In this document: piece after piece, positions 18,455 to 27,776 of the stretch
How positions within the stretch are numbered: the first letter of the stretch is position 1
Layout of the letters: every line of letters begins with the position of its first letter
From: an uncultured delta proteobacterium
GTDB taxonomy: Bacteria > Desulfobacterota > Binatia > HRBIN30 > BPIQ01
Direction of reading: 5' to 3'
Length of the DNA stretch: 64,000 bases
Assembly (NCBI GenBank): GCA_963761335.1
Contig: CAVXGR010000018.1
Coordinates: 928,001-992,000 of the forward strand
Notes under the pieces: model-generated
What the model saw: the letters and a program-made list of their open reading frames with translations, nothing else
What the model was told of the DNA's origin: nothing
Databases searched by the model: none
Translations under genes and position numbers: made by a program

Positions 18455-20446
18455 ATGCAGCGCCAGCCGGCAGCCGCAACGCTTCTTCTCGTGCTCCTCC
18501 TTTTGCCGGCCGCCGCCGGCGCCGCGGCGCCGGTGAGTGACGGCGCCGCGATCACGCCGGTGTTTGCCAGGGCGCTCTACGAGCGCCTGGCGAACCTGAA
18601 GGAGGCCGACGGCTGCCGCCTGTCGCGCTTCGACACCAGCCGCTTCCGGATCAGCATCGGCGTGCGGGTACCGGGAGGCGTCGAGCGCACGATGGATGTA
18701 GCGGCGGCGGCATCCGGGGATGCCGGCCTCAGGGTAGGCGGCTGGACCGTCGGCGTGTCCGACGGGTTGCAGCGCGATTGTGGAGCGACGCTGGCCGCGA
18801 TGGAGCGTGTGCTCGCGGAAACCAAGGCGCCGAGCGCGGGGATCGCCGGCGCGGTCATGCGAGTGATCCTTGCCGAGGTGCGTTTCAACCTCGTGGTGCT
18901 GGGCGCTTCGTTCGTTCTGCTCCTCATCGGAACCCTGCAGGTTCTCTATCGCGAGGTGAAGCGCCGCCGCCCATCGCCGTGGGCGGTGCTGGCGCTCTTC
19001 GCGATCTGGGCGGCGGCGCTCGGCCTGCGACTCGGGCTCTCGCCACGCACCTTCTTGCACGAGTACTACCACATCGCCGAGACGCTCTCCGCATATCTGA
19101 CGCACGATCGCCCGCTGCTCTACGGGGACACGGGGCCGGCGCTGTTTGGCCTGGTTGCTCACGTGCTCGGGCGCCGCGCCGGCGTCGAGGTGATCTTCCT
19201 GACCAATGCCGTGCTTGCCTCTCTGGCCGTTCCGGCGGTGGCGCTGCTGGATCTGGGCGTCATGGGTCGCTGGTCGCGGGCCCTGTGCGCGGCGTTGCTG
19301 CTGTGCGTGCTGCCCGAGCACCTGCGGTTCTCCGCCGCCGAGGACCTGTTCGTGCAGGCGCTCACTTTCGGCCTGTGGGCGCTGGCGCTCTTCGTCCTCT
19401 ACCTGCGCGAGCGCCGTCTCGACGATGTGCTTCTCTGCGCCCTGGCGCTGTCGCTGGCCATGCAGGCGCGTCCGGAGATGCTGTTCTTCCCGGCGGCTCT
19501 CGTCGCCCTGGTGCTCCTGGCGGAGCCGCGCTCATGGCGGGTTCTGTTCGCCTGGCGCACCCTCCTGGCGTTGCTGGTCCTCGCGGTGCTGCTGATACCT
19601 CGCGCGGTCGAGCTGCAGAAGACGCTTCACGATGTGCAATCGGCGTCACCGGTGCTTCCGGCCGCCGCGCGCTACCTGGGCGAGCTGGTTTTCTTCCAGG
19701 CGCAGGTGACGCCGCCGGTGTACTGGGTTCTCTGCCTTCTGGGGCTCGCGTGGGGTGTTCGCCACAAGCTGGGCTATCACCTCTGGGCGCTGCTGCTCTT
19801 CGGGGGCTACACGCTGTTCTCTCTGTCGCTCTTCGACAACCCGACCTACAACGTTCGCTCTCAGCTTCTGCCGACGAGCTTTCTGGTGCTGATTGCCGCG
19901 GGGGCCGCGCCGCTGTGGATGGCGGCATGGGGGCGGCGGCGAAGCTGGGCGTGGGCCACGGGCGCCGGGCTGCTCGCGGCCGTGGCCGTGCTGGTGGTAC
20001 TCCGCGGGAAGTCCCTCATCACCGAGCTCCGCGATCAGCAGCTCGAGTGGGCCTTCCTCGAGCGGACCGTTCCACTTCTGCCGGAGCAGGGAACGCTGCT
20101 CTCGGCGACGGAGAACGGACCGCGAGAGCTGGACGCCTTTCCGCAGTTTCTGCTGCAGCGTGCGGGGAAGGAGTACGACCTGTTCGACGTCCGACGTGTC
20201 GCTGCGGGGGAGGCGCCGTGGCCGGTGCCGGGCGACGACCTGCTCTATTACCAGGGGATGTTCTGCTACTTCACGTTCGGTGACCAGCCGCCGCCGGCGT
20301 CTCTCACACCTCCGTGCGAGGCGGTGCACGAGCACTACCTCGCCCAGCCCCTGTTCACCGCAGAGCTCGACACCGAGGGCTACTCGTGGCTGCAGTACGC
20401 CCCCGGGCCGTTCCGCATCGGCTTCTTCCGCCTGCAGGCGCGGTGA
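18455..20446 (+). CDS. Polytopic membrane protein, GT-C (ArnT/PMT-like) candidate
   Basis: Signal peptide, soluble N-domain, FLHEYYH loop, QARPE motif, many TM helices, soluble C-terminal domain. Confidence 0.6.
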   Translation: MQRQPAAATLLLVLLLLPAAAGAAAPVSDGAAITPVFARALYERLANLKEADGCRLSRFDTSRFRISIGVRVPGGVERTMDVAAAASGDAGLRVGGWTVGVSDGLQRDCGATLAAMERVLAETKAPSAGIAGAVMRVILAEVRFNLVVLGASFVLLLIGTLQVLYREVKRRRPSPWAVLALFAIWAAALGLRLGLSPRTFLHEYYHIAETLSAYLTHDRPLLYGDTGPALFGLVAHVLGRRAGVEVIFLTNAVLASLAVPAVALLDLGVMGRWSRALCAALLLCVLPEHLRFSAAEDLFVQALTFGLWALALFVLYLRERRLDDVLLCALALSLAMQARPEMLFFPAALVALVLLAEPRSWRVLFAWRTLLALLVLAVLLIPRAVELQKTLHDVQSASPVLPAAARYLGELVFFQAQVTPPVYWVLCLLGLAWGVRHKLGYHLWALLLFGGYTLFSLSLFDNPTYNVRSQLLPTSFLVLIAAGAAPLWMAAWGRRRSWAWATGAGLLAAVAVLVVLRGKSLITELRDQQLEWAFLERTVPLLPEQGTLLSATENGPRELDAFPQFLLQRAGKEYDLFDVRRVAAGEAPWPVPGDDLLYYQGMFCYFTFGDQPPPASLTPPCEAVHEHYLAQPLFTAELDTEGYSWLQYAPGPFRIGFFRLQAR

Positions 20447-20456
20447 GAAATGCGGG

Positions 20457-22175
20457 TCAGTGTGCGGCGGCCGAGGCGGCGTTGGCGGGTGACGCCGCCG
20501 CTTGGGGAGTGCGCAGCAGGTCGACGAGGTGATCGATGGCCACCTTGGCGGCGCCATTGTCGCTCGCCTCTGCCAGGCGAAAGTCGACGCCGACCTGCGA
20601 GCGATTGCCGCGCGCGCTCAGCGTGAAGCGCAGGTCGAAGCCCGCACCTGCGGGTCCCCGCGCGGTCACCTCTGCGGTGGTTTCGTCCGGCCAGCGGAGC
20701 GCTTCGAGGTGCCAGCCGGTCACGGAGAAGCGGTTCTGCAGCCGGCGCGCCAGCGCTGCCACACGCTGGCGGCCGCGCTGCATCACCGAGCCCCGCAGTG
20801 CCCGCTCGACGGCGTCCGCCGCCAGCTTCGGCTCGAGCCCGCCATCGACACCGCGTGCCAGACAAGCGCGCAACCACTCGAGCAGCCCGACCACCGACTC
20901 GATGGGTGTGCCGAGATTGGCCTCGACGTCGAGGTCATAGGCATCGGCGGAAATGACCGGTGCGTCTCCGCTTCCCGGGGCGACGAAACGAAGGCGCGCC
21001 AGCGAGCCGTCCTCATGAGCGAGAGCGATCTCCACGCGGCGTTGACGGTCCTCGGTGATCTCCTGCTGCACATGCCAGCCGGACGGCAGCGCGGCGCTTG
21101 CCAGCGCCGTGCGCAGCGGCTCGAGCAGCGGCTCGATCAGGATGACGAAGCTGCGTCGCTGCGGATCGAGGGCGGCGAGCTCATCCCGGCTGAGGGGACG
21201 GAACTCGTCCCCGCCGTGCAGCTCGAGGTAGACGCGAAAGATTCCGGTGCAGCGCGAGCGGAAGACGCAGTCGGCGCACCCGGGCAGATAGGTGCGCAGC
21301 GACGCCTGCCACTCGTACTTGTTCATTTCGTCCTCGAGCCCGTCTCCGTCCGAAGACTTGGTGACCGTCTCCTGCCCGCCGTGGTGAATGCGCGACGCCC
21401 ATTGCGGCAGGATGCAATACGGCAGGTTGCCGATGTTCACGTCGAAGTCGGGGTTCCAGCGCTCGAAGCCGGCGAGCATCTCGTCGTAGTAGGGCGCCAT
21501 ATCCGAGTAGCGCGGCATGATCTCGCGCAGGTAGGCTTCGTCGCGCTCCCCGGTGCTCTCCGGCCGCACGATGTCGACGTGCAGTTGGCGAACGCCGTAA
21601 TGCGCCAGCAGCTGGGGATAGTGCGGCAGGGAACGATAGCTGCGCTCGTTGAGGCACATGTTGGTGGTGACCAGCTGGCCGCGGCTCTGCAGCTCGCCCA
21701 GCCCGTGCAGAATACGCCGGAAGGAATCGGCGCGGCCGGTGGTGGCCACGTGCGCCTCGTCGGTGGCGCCCTGGATCGAGATGCGCCATTCGAAGTTGCC
21801 CAGGGCGGTCACCGAGTCGATGAAGCCCGGGTGCGGAAACATGACTCCGTTGGTGAAGATGACGATGTGCTCGAAGCCGAGATCGACGGCCTTGGCCAGA
21901 GCTTCGAGGAAGCGCTTGTGGATCGTCGGCTCGCCGCCGAGGAAGGTGAGGTGCGTGGCGCCGGCGGCGCGCGCCTCTTCGAGGGCCTCGACGATCGGCT
22001 CGAGGGGCACCGGGCGGGCGATCTTCATCGCCGTGAGCTGGCCGCTCGAGCAGAAGACGCAGCGGTTGTTGCACAGGTGGCCGAGCTGGATCTCGAACCT
22101 GTGCCCGGAGCCGGAGGTGGTGACGCCGGTCGCCGCCCGCCGATCCTCTTCGCTGATTTTCGAGTGGACGGCCAT
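20457..22175 (-). CDS. Radical SAM protein, HxsC-like, with C-terminal extension
   Basis: CNNRCVFC, LGGEPTIH, LPYC...CADCx5CTG; long C-terminal region of unknown function. Confidence 0.9.
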   Translation of the reverse strand: MAVHSKISEEDRRAATGVTTSGSGHRFEIQLGHLCNNRCVFCSSGQLTAMKIARPVPLEPIVEALEEARAAGATHLTFLGGEPTIHKRFLEALAKAVDLGFEHIVIFTNGVMFPHPGFIDSVTALGNFEWRISIQGATDEAHVATTGRADSFRRILHGLGELQSRGQLVTTNMCLNERSYRSLPHYPQLLAHYGVRQLHVDIVRPESTGERDEAYLREIMPRYSDMAPYYDEMLAGFERWNPDFDVNIGNLPYCILPQWASRIHHGGQETVTKSSDGDGLEDEMNKYEWQASLRTYLPGCADCVFRSRCTGIFRVYLELHGGDEFRPLSRDELAALDPQRRSFVILIEPLLEPLRTALASAALPSGWHVQQEITEDRQRRVEIALAHEDGSLARLRFVAPGSGDAPVISADAYDLDVEANLGTPIESVVGLLEWLRACLARGVDGGLEPKLAADAVERALRGSVMQRGRQRVAALARRLQNRFSVTGWHLEALRWPDETTAEVTARGPAGAGFDLRFTLSARGNRSQVGVDFRLAEASDNGAAKVAIDHLVDLLRTPQAAASPANAASAAAH

Positions 22176-22281
22176 TCGCCTCGAGAATCGTGGACCATAG
22201 CGGCCCAGTATGTCAAGGCGTTTGCAGCCTGCCGGCTCGCATTGACGCCGTCGGCGCGCCGGTGATAGCGGCCGATCCGGC

Positions 22282-23238
22282 ATGGTGACACGCATCCGCC
22301 TCGGCAGCAGCCCGATCGAGGTGATCCCTCTCGGGGTCGGCTGCTGGGCCTGGGGGGACCAGGGCTACTGGCGCTACGGGGAGGACCACGGGCCGCGCGA
22401 CGTGGTCGACGCCTTCGACGCGTGTATGCATGCAGGGCTCGACTTCTTCGACACGGCGGAGGCCTACGGCTGGGGAAAGGGGGAGAAGATCCTCGGCTCG
22501 CTGGCGCGCCGCAGCGGGCGGCCGCTGGTGATTGCCACCAAGTACGCGCCGATGGCCGGACGCGGCGGGCCGTTGGCGATTCGCAAGGGCCTCGCCGGCA
22601 GCCTCAGAAGACTCGGCCTGCCGCGCCTCGATCTGTATCAGCTTCACTGGGCCGACCGTGAGGAGACGCCCATCGCGGCGGCGATGGACGTTCTCGCCGA
22701 AGCGGTGCGGGCGGGGCAGATCGGCGCCGTCGGCGTGAGCAACTTCACCGCCGCCGAGACGCGCGAGGCGCACGCCGCCCTGTCGCGGCACGGCGTGCCG
22801 CTGGCCAGCAATCAGGTGCATTATTCCCTGCTGCATCGCGCCCCCGAGGTCGACGGCGTTCTCGATGCCTGCGTCGACCTGGGAGTGACGCTGCTGGCGT
22901 ACAGCCCACTCGAGCAGGGGTTGCTCACCGGCAAGTATGCGCCCGACCTGCTGCCCTCGGGGCCGCGTGCGGAGGCTGCCTGGTTCGCGCCCGACAACGT
23001 CGCCGCCGCTCAGCCGCTGCTTGCCCGCCTGCGCGCCGTCGCCGCGGCGCACGGCGTCGAGCCGCCCGCCGCCGCACTCGCCTGGTTGCTGGCGAGACCG
23101 GGCGTGGTGCCGCTCGCCGGAGCCAAGAACGGCGCCCAGGCGGCGGCCAACGCCAAGGCCCTGGAGATCACTCTGAGCGACGCCGAGTGGACCGATCTCG
23201 ACGCCGCGAGCCGCCCCTGGGTGGTGCGGCTCGAGTAG
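22282..23238 (+). CDS. Aldo/keto reductase
   Basis: FFDTAEAYG, IATK, DLYQLHW, GVSNF, AYSPL. Confidence 0.95.
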   Translation: MVTRIRLGSSPIEVIPLGVGCWAWGDQGYWRYGEDHGPRDVVDAFDACMHAGLDFFDTAEAYGWGKGEKILGSLARRSGRPLVIATKYAPMAGRGGPLAIRKGLAGSLRRLGLPRLDLYQLHWADREETPIAAAMDVLAEAVRAGQIGAVGVSNFTAAETREAHAALSRHGVPLASNQVHYSLLHRAPEVDGVLDACVDLGVTLLAYSPLEQGLLTGKYAPDLLPSGPRAEAAWFAPDNVAAAQPLLARLRAVAAAHGVEPPAAALAWLLARPGVVPLAGAKNGAQAAANAKALEITLSDAEWTDLDAASRPWVVRLE

Positions 23239-23256
23239 AAGCGCCGTCCCCTCGCT

Positions 23257-23748
23257 TTGCGAAGCGGCGAGACGCCGCTTCTCCCCGGCCGGCGGAATCG
23301 TTCGGAATTGCCGATCCCGGCGCGGCTGGAGTATAAGAGCAGCTTGCGGAAACACTCAGCGACTCTGCGCAGCATCGTCGAGATCATCGTCCCCGACTAC
23401 CCGCGGCTCGACAGTGCCCAGCGCGCTGCCGTCGTCGACGACGTCACCCGCTATGTCTCCACGCAGATCGATTCGATGCCGGGATTTCTGCGCCTGCCGT
23501 ACGAGCTGGCGCTGCTCTCCTTCGAGGCGTTGCCGGTGCTGCGCCACGGGCGTCTGTTCCACCGCTTGTCGCCGGCCGCCCGGGCGTCGGTTCTGGCGAG
23601 GTGGAGCGATGCGTCTCTCTTGGCGCGTCGCAACTTCGTCAAGCTGATTCGCAGCACGGCCCTGCTCGCCTACTTCGACCATCCGCTGGTCGCCCGACAG
23701 CTCGAAGAGGGCGCAACGGTGGCGCCGCAGAAGGCCGCGAATGAGTGA
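23257..23748 (+). CDS. Small helical partner of the GMC oxidoreductase (gluconate dehydrogenase subunit 3-like); start uncertain, possibly TTG 23344
   Basis: FHRLSPAARASVLARW...VKLIRSTALLAYFDHP pattern; overlaps the GMC gene start. Confidence 0.55.
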   Translation: MRSGETPLLPGRRNRSELPIPARLEYKSSLRKHSATLRSIVEIIVPDYPRLDSAQRAAVVDDVTRYVSTQIDSMPGFLRLPYELALLSFEALPVLRHGRLFHRLSPAARASVLARWSDASLLARRNFVKLIRSTALLAYFDHPLVARQLEEGATVAPQKAANE

Positions 23749-26320
23749 CGGCCGGGCGGCGGAGGTGGGTGCCCTACCGCCGGTACCCGCCCGCGCACAA
23801 GTGCTGATCATCGGCTCCGGCGCTGGCGGGGCGGCGACCGCGGCGGCGCTGGCGGCTCGCGGTCACGAGGTGGTCGTGCTCGAGGAGGGTCCGGATGTCG
23901 ATACCAGCGGAATCGCCACCAACTCCCCCGCGGCGATTGCCCAGCTCTATCGACACGGCGGATTGACGCCGATCCTCGGCAAGCAGACGATCGCCTATGT
24001 CGAGGGGCGCTGCGTCGGCGGCTCCACCGAGGTGAACAGCGCCTTCTGGCATCGATTGCCCGCGGACTGCTATGCGCGCTGGCGGGCCGAGGCGCTGCTG
24101 GCCGACTGCTCGCCGGAGATCATGGAGCCGTACTTCGAGCTCCTCGAGCGCGAGCTCTCGGTGTCGCGCTTGAATCCCGGTGAACGGCCGCGCAGCTCGG
24201 AGGTTTTTCGCGAGGGCATCGAGCGCCTCGGCTGGCGGTACGCCGAGGTGCCGCGTTGTCAGAAAGGCGGCGCCAGCCCGTTCGCGGCCGGCAACAAGCA
24301 GTCCATGCAGCGGACGTTCATCCCCAAGGCGCGGGCCGCGGGCGCCCAGGTGGTGCCCGAGTGCCGGGCGCTGCGGCTGCTGCACGAGGACGGGCGCGTC
24401 AGCGGCGTGCTGGTGGAGCAGGGGAGCAACGGCTCTCGGCGCCGCGCCGTGGTGCACGCCGACTCCGTGTTCGTGTGCTGCGGCGCGGTGCAGAGCGCCG
24501 CGCTCCTGCGGCGCAGCGGCATCACCAGGAACGTCGGCGACAACCTGTGCATTCATCCGATGATCAAGGCCGCCGCCGTCTTCGAGGAGGAGATCAACGC
24601 GCACCGCGCCGCGCTGCCGGTGTACCAGGTGAAGGAGTTCTGGCCCAACATCTCCATCGGCGGCTCGGTGTTCACTCCTGGCTTCCTGGCGATGCACCTC
24701 GCCGACACGTGGACGGAGAACCAGGAGGTGATGCGCGACTGGCGCCGCATGGGCCTGTACTACGCGGCGACCCGCGGCATGTCTCGGGGGACGATTCGCG
24801 CCCTGCCGGGATCCGCTGATAATGTCGTCGTCCGCTACCGGATCACCGAGGCCGATCGGCGCAACATCAGCAGCGGGCTGGCGAGCCTCGGGGAGATCCT
24901 CTTTGCCGCCGGTGCGCGGGCCGTCTATCCCTCACTGCGCTCGCCGGCGGTGCTCACCTCGGCGGCGGAGTGCCGCCGCCTGGCGCGAGAGCCGATCCCC
25001 ATCGAAGCCATGGCGCTGTCGACGGTGCACGCCTTCAGCAGCTGCCCGATGGGCGAGAACCCGGATCTCTGCGCCGCCGATTCGTTCGGCAGGGTGATCG
25101 GCTTTGACAATCTCCACCTGAACGACGCCAGCCTGATTCCCGACTCGCCCGGGGTCAACCCGCAGGGAACGATCATGGCGATCGCGCTGCGCAACGCGGA
25201 TCACTTCGATGCGGAACGGCGCAGTCGCTCCCGCGGAAGGATCCATGTGCTGGCGCGCCCGGCGGCACCGCCGTCGATCCTGGTCACCGGCGCACCGGGA
25301 TGGCTCGGCAGCCGACTGCTGGAGGTGCTTCTGCACGGCCTGCCCGGATTGCCGGCGCTGGCGGCGCCGGACCCACAGCGGCGGATCCGCTGCCTGGTGC
25401 ATCCCGAGATCGATCCATCGTCGCTCCTGTCGCTGTCGCCGAACGTGGAGGTCGTCTCCGGCGATCTCACCGATCCCGCTGGGGCTCGCCCACTGTGTGC
25501 CGGTGCCTCGGGGGCAGTTCTCTTTCACGCCGCCGGCGTGGTTCATCCGCGGCGCGGCACCGGGGAGTTTGCCGCGGTGAACGCCGAGGGCACGCGGCGC
25601 CTGCTCGAGGCCGCAATCGGTGCCGGAGTGCGCCGCTTTGTCGCCGTTTCTTCCAACTCCCCCTTCGGCTTCAATCCCGATCGTCATCACCTCTTCGATG
25701 AGTCCTCGCCGTACGATCCCTACATGGGCTACGGGCGCTCCAAGCAGCAGATGGAGGCGCTCGTCCGAGAAGCGCAGTCCTCCGGTCGGATCGAAACGGT
25801 GATTCTCAGACCGCCGTGGTTCTACGGCCCGCACCAGCCGCGGCGACAGACGTTGTTCTTCGAGATGATCCGCGACGGGCGCTTTCCGATCCTCGGCGAC
25901 GGCGGCCAGCGCAGATCGATGGCCTATGTCGACAACGTCTGCCAGGGTCTGCTGTTGGCGGCCGCCACCGCGGGCGCCAGCGGCGAAACCTACTGGATTG
26001 CGGACGAGCGCCCGTACTCGATCGACGAGATCGTGCAAACCGTGCGCGGCGTTCTCGAGGAGGAGTTCGGCATCGCCTGCGCCAAGCGGCAGCTGCGCCT
26101 GCCGGCGTTCCTGAGCGAGGCGGCGCGTTTCGCCGACGGCGGCTTGCAGGCCGTCGGCCTCTACAATCAGAAGCTCCACGTGCTCGGCGAGATGAGCCAC
26201 AGCATCGCCTGCTCGATCGACAAGGCCAGGCGCGAGCTCGGCTACGCGCCCACCGTCGGGCTGCGTCCGGGCATGATCGAGTCGGTGCGCTGGTGTCTGG
26301 CCAACGGCCTGCGCCTGTGA
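23741..26320 (+). CDS. GMC oxidoreductase fused to NAD-dependent epimerase / 3-beta-HSD-like domain
   Basis: IGSGAGG, GRCVGGSTEVN, H-x-FSSCPMG, GVNPQGTIM; then VTGAPGWLG and YGRSK. Confidence 0.85.
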   Translation: MSDGRAAEVGALPPVPARAQVLIIGSGAGGAATAAALAARGHEVVVLEEGPDVDTSGIATNSPAAIAQLYRHGGLTPILGKQTIAYVEGRCVGGSTEVNSAFWHRLPADCYARWRAEALLADCSPEIMEPYFELLERELSVSRLNPGERPRSSEVFREGIERLGWRYAEVPRCQKGGASPFAAGNKQSMQRTFIPKARAAGAQVVPECRALRLLHEDGRVSGVLVEQGSNGSRRRAVVHADSVFVCCGAVQSAALLRRSGITRNVGDNLCIHPMIKAAAVFEEEINAHRAALPVYQVKEFWPNISIGGSVFTPGFLAMHLADTWTENQEVMRDWRRMGLYYAATRGMSRGTIRALPGSADNVVVRYRITEADRRNISSGLASLGEILFAAGARAVYPSLRSPAVLTSAAECRRLAREPIPIEAMALSTVHAFSSCPMGENPDLCAADSFGRVIGFDNLHLNDASLIPDSPGVNPQGTIMAIALRNADHFDAERRSRSRGRIHVLARPAAPPSILVTGAPGWLGSRLLEVLLHGLPGLPALAAPDPQRRIRCLVHPEIDPSSLLSLSPNVEVVSGDLTDPAGARPLCAGASGAVLFHAAGVVHPRRGTGEFAAVNAEGTRRLLEAAIGAGVRRFVAVSSNSPFGFNPDRHHLFDESSPYDPYMGYGRSKQQMEALVREAQSSGRIETVILRPPWFYGPHQPRRQTLFFEMIRDGRFPILGDGGQRRSMAYVDNVCQGLLLAAATAGASGETYWIADERPYSIDEIVQTVRGVLEEEFGIACAKRQLRLPAFLSEAARFADGGLQAVGLYNQKLHVLGEMSHSIACSIDKARRELGYAPTVGLRPGMIESVRWCLANGLRL

Positions 26321-26349
26321 CCGTGGACGGAGCTGGGACGGCGGGGCGA

Positions 26350-27387
26350 ATGGCGACGGGCGCGGTAATCACCGGGGGATCGGGCTATTTTGGCTGCGTG
26401 CTGCGCGATCGCCTGCGCGCCGCTGGCACCGCGGTCCGCGTCTTCGATCTCATCGATGCGGACGACCGGCCCGCGGACGTCGCTTTCACTCGGGGCGACA
26501 TTCGCGATCTCGATTCCCTTCGCCGTGCCTGTGAGGGCGCCGACGTCGTCTACCACAACGTCGCGCAGGTACCGCTGGCCCGGGACGGCGCGCTGTTCCG
26601 CTCCGTCAACGTCCAGGGGACGGCGACCCTTCTGGAGGCCGCGCGCGCGGCGCGCGTCCGCAAGCTCGTGCACACGTCCTCGAGCGCCGTCTTCGGCATC
26701 CCCGAGAAGAACCCGGTCGACGACAGCGTGCAGCCGCGCCCGGGCGAGGCGTATGGCGCGGCCAAGCTCGAGGCCGAGCGTCTCGTCGAGGCGGCGGTAC
26801 GGCGACACGGGCTCGACGTGACCATCATCCGGCCGCGGACGATTCTCGGCCACGGGCGCCTCGGAATCTTCCAGATCCTCTTCGACTGGGTGGAGGAGGG
26901 ACGGCGCATTCCGGTCCTCGGCGGCGGCGACAACCTCTACCAGTTCGTTCACGCCGACGATCTCGCCGAGGCGTGCGTGCGCGCCGCAGCCCGTCCGGGT
27001 CCGTCGGTGTACAACGTCGGCGCCGAACGCTTCGGCACGATGCGGCAGGCTCTCGAGGCGCTGTGTGCCCATGCGGGCACCGGCAGCGCCGTCTACTCGC
27101 TGCCGATGGGTGTGGCGGTAGCGGCGATGAAGCTGACCAGCGCCCTGCGGTTGTCGCCGCTCGGTGCCTACCACGCCCTCATGTACGGCCGCAGTCTCTA
27201 TTTCGACATCTCTCGCCCGCGCCGCGAGCTCGGCTGGCGGCCGCGCTGGTCGAACGAGGAGATGATCTGCGAGTCGTACGATTGGTACCTCGCCCACAAA
27301 GAGGAGGTGTTGCGCCAGTCCGGCGGCTCCGCGCACCGCTCCCCGGTCAAGCAGGGGATACTCAAGCTGGTGAAGCAGCTGTCCTGA
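26350..27387 (+). CDS. NAD-dependent epimerase/dehydratase (3-beta-HSD-like extended SDR)
   Basis: ITGGSGYFG, TSSSAVFG, YGAAK. Confidence 0.9.
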   Translation: MATGAVITGGSGYFGCVLRDRLRAAGTAVRVFDLIDADDRPADVAFTRGDIRDLDSLRRACEGADVVYHNVAQVPLARDGALFRSVNVQGTATLLEAARAARVRKLVHTSSSAVFGIPEKNPVDDSVQPRPGEAYGAAKLEAERLVEAAVRRHGLDVTIIRPRTILGHGRLGIFQILFDWVEEGRRIPVLGGGDNLYQFVHADDLAEACVRAAARPGPSVYNVGAERFGTMRQALEALCAHAGTGSAVYSLPMGVAVAAMKLTSALRLSPLGAYHALMYGRSLYFDISRPRRELGWRPRWSNEEMICESYDWYLAHKEEVLRQSGGSAHRSPVKQGILKLVKQLS

Positions 27388-27485
27388 GCGGCGCGGCGTT
27401 GCTTTACTGCATCGCCGCAGTTGACTTCGGGCAGCGTCGGGCCCGGCGGGATGGCTGTGGCGCGCCGGGGTGGATCACGCCGCTC

Positions 27486-27500
27486 TGGCACGCCGTGTGC
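27486..27500 (+). promoter_or_regulatory. Putative sigma-54 (-24/-12) promoter
   Basis: TGGCACGCCGTGTGC matches TGGCACG-N4-TTGC at 10 of 11 defined positions, 30 bp upstream of an AAGGAGGT-preceded ORF. Confidence 0.55.
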
Positions 27501-27529
27501 GTTGCGTGAAGGGCAAGGAGGTACCGAAG

Positions 27530-27724
27530 ATGATCCCCGCTGCCCTGACGATCCCCGCATCCATTCCCGCGCCCTTCGGCGTCGTGCCGACGCTCGATCC
27601 CTCGATGGGACTCGTCGCCGGAATTGTCGCGGCGCTGTTCGTCGGCATCGCCGCCGTCGGGCTGTTGCGCGCCGTTCTCCGCCAGCCGCGGGTCGCTACC
27701 CGGCGAGCCGAGTCGTGGGTGTAG
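27530..27724 (+). CDS. Small single-pass membrane protein (64 aa)
   Basis: RBS AAGGAGGT; hydrophobic helix GLVAGIVAALFVGIAAVGLL followed by basic residues. Confidence 0.65.
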   Translation: MIPAALTIPASIPAPFGVVPTLDPSMGLVAGIVAALFVGIAAVGLLRAVLRQPRVATRRAESWV

Positions 27725-27776
27725 CCAGAGGGGCCGCCGTGCGCGGCCCCCTCTCGCCGCCGTGCGAGCCGAGGCC

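Noticed and set aside
8780..22175. Canonical His-Xaa-Ser (hxsABCD) system
   Set aside because: No HxS-repeat precursor and no HxsB-like gene recognised; only HxsC-like and HxsD-like parts
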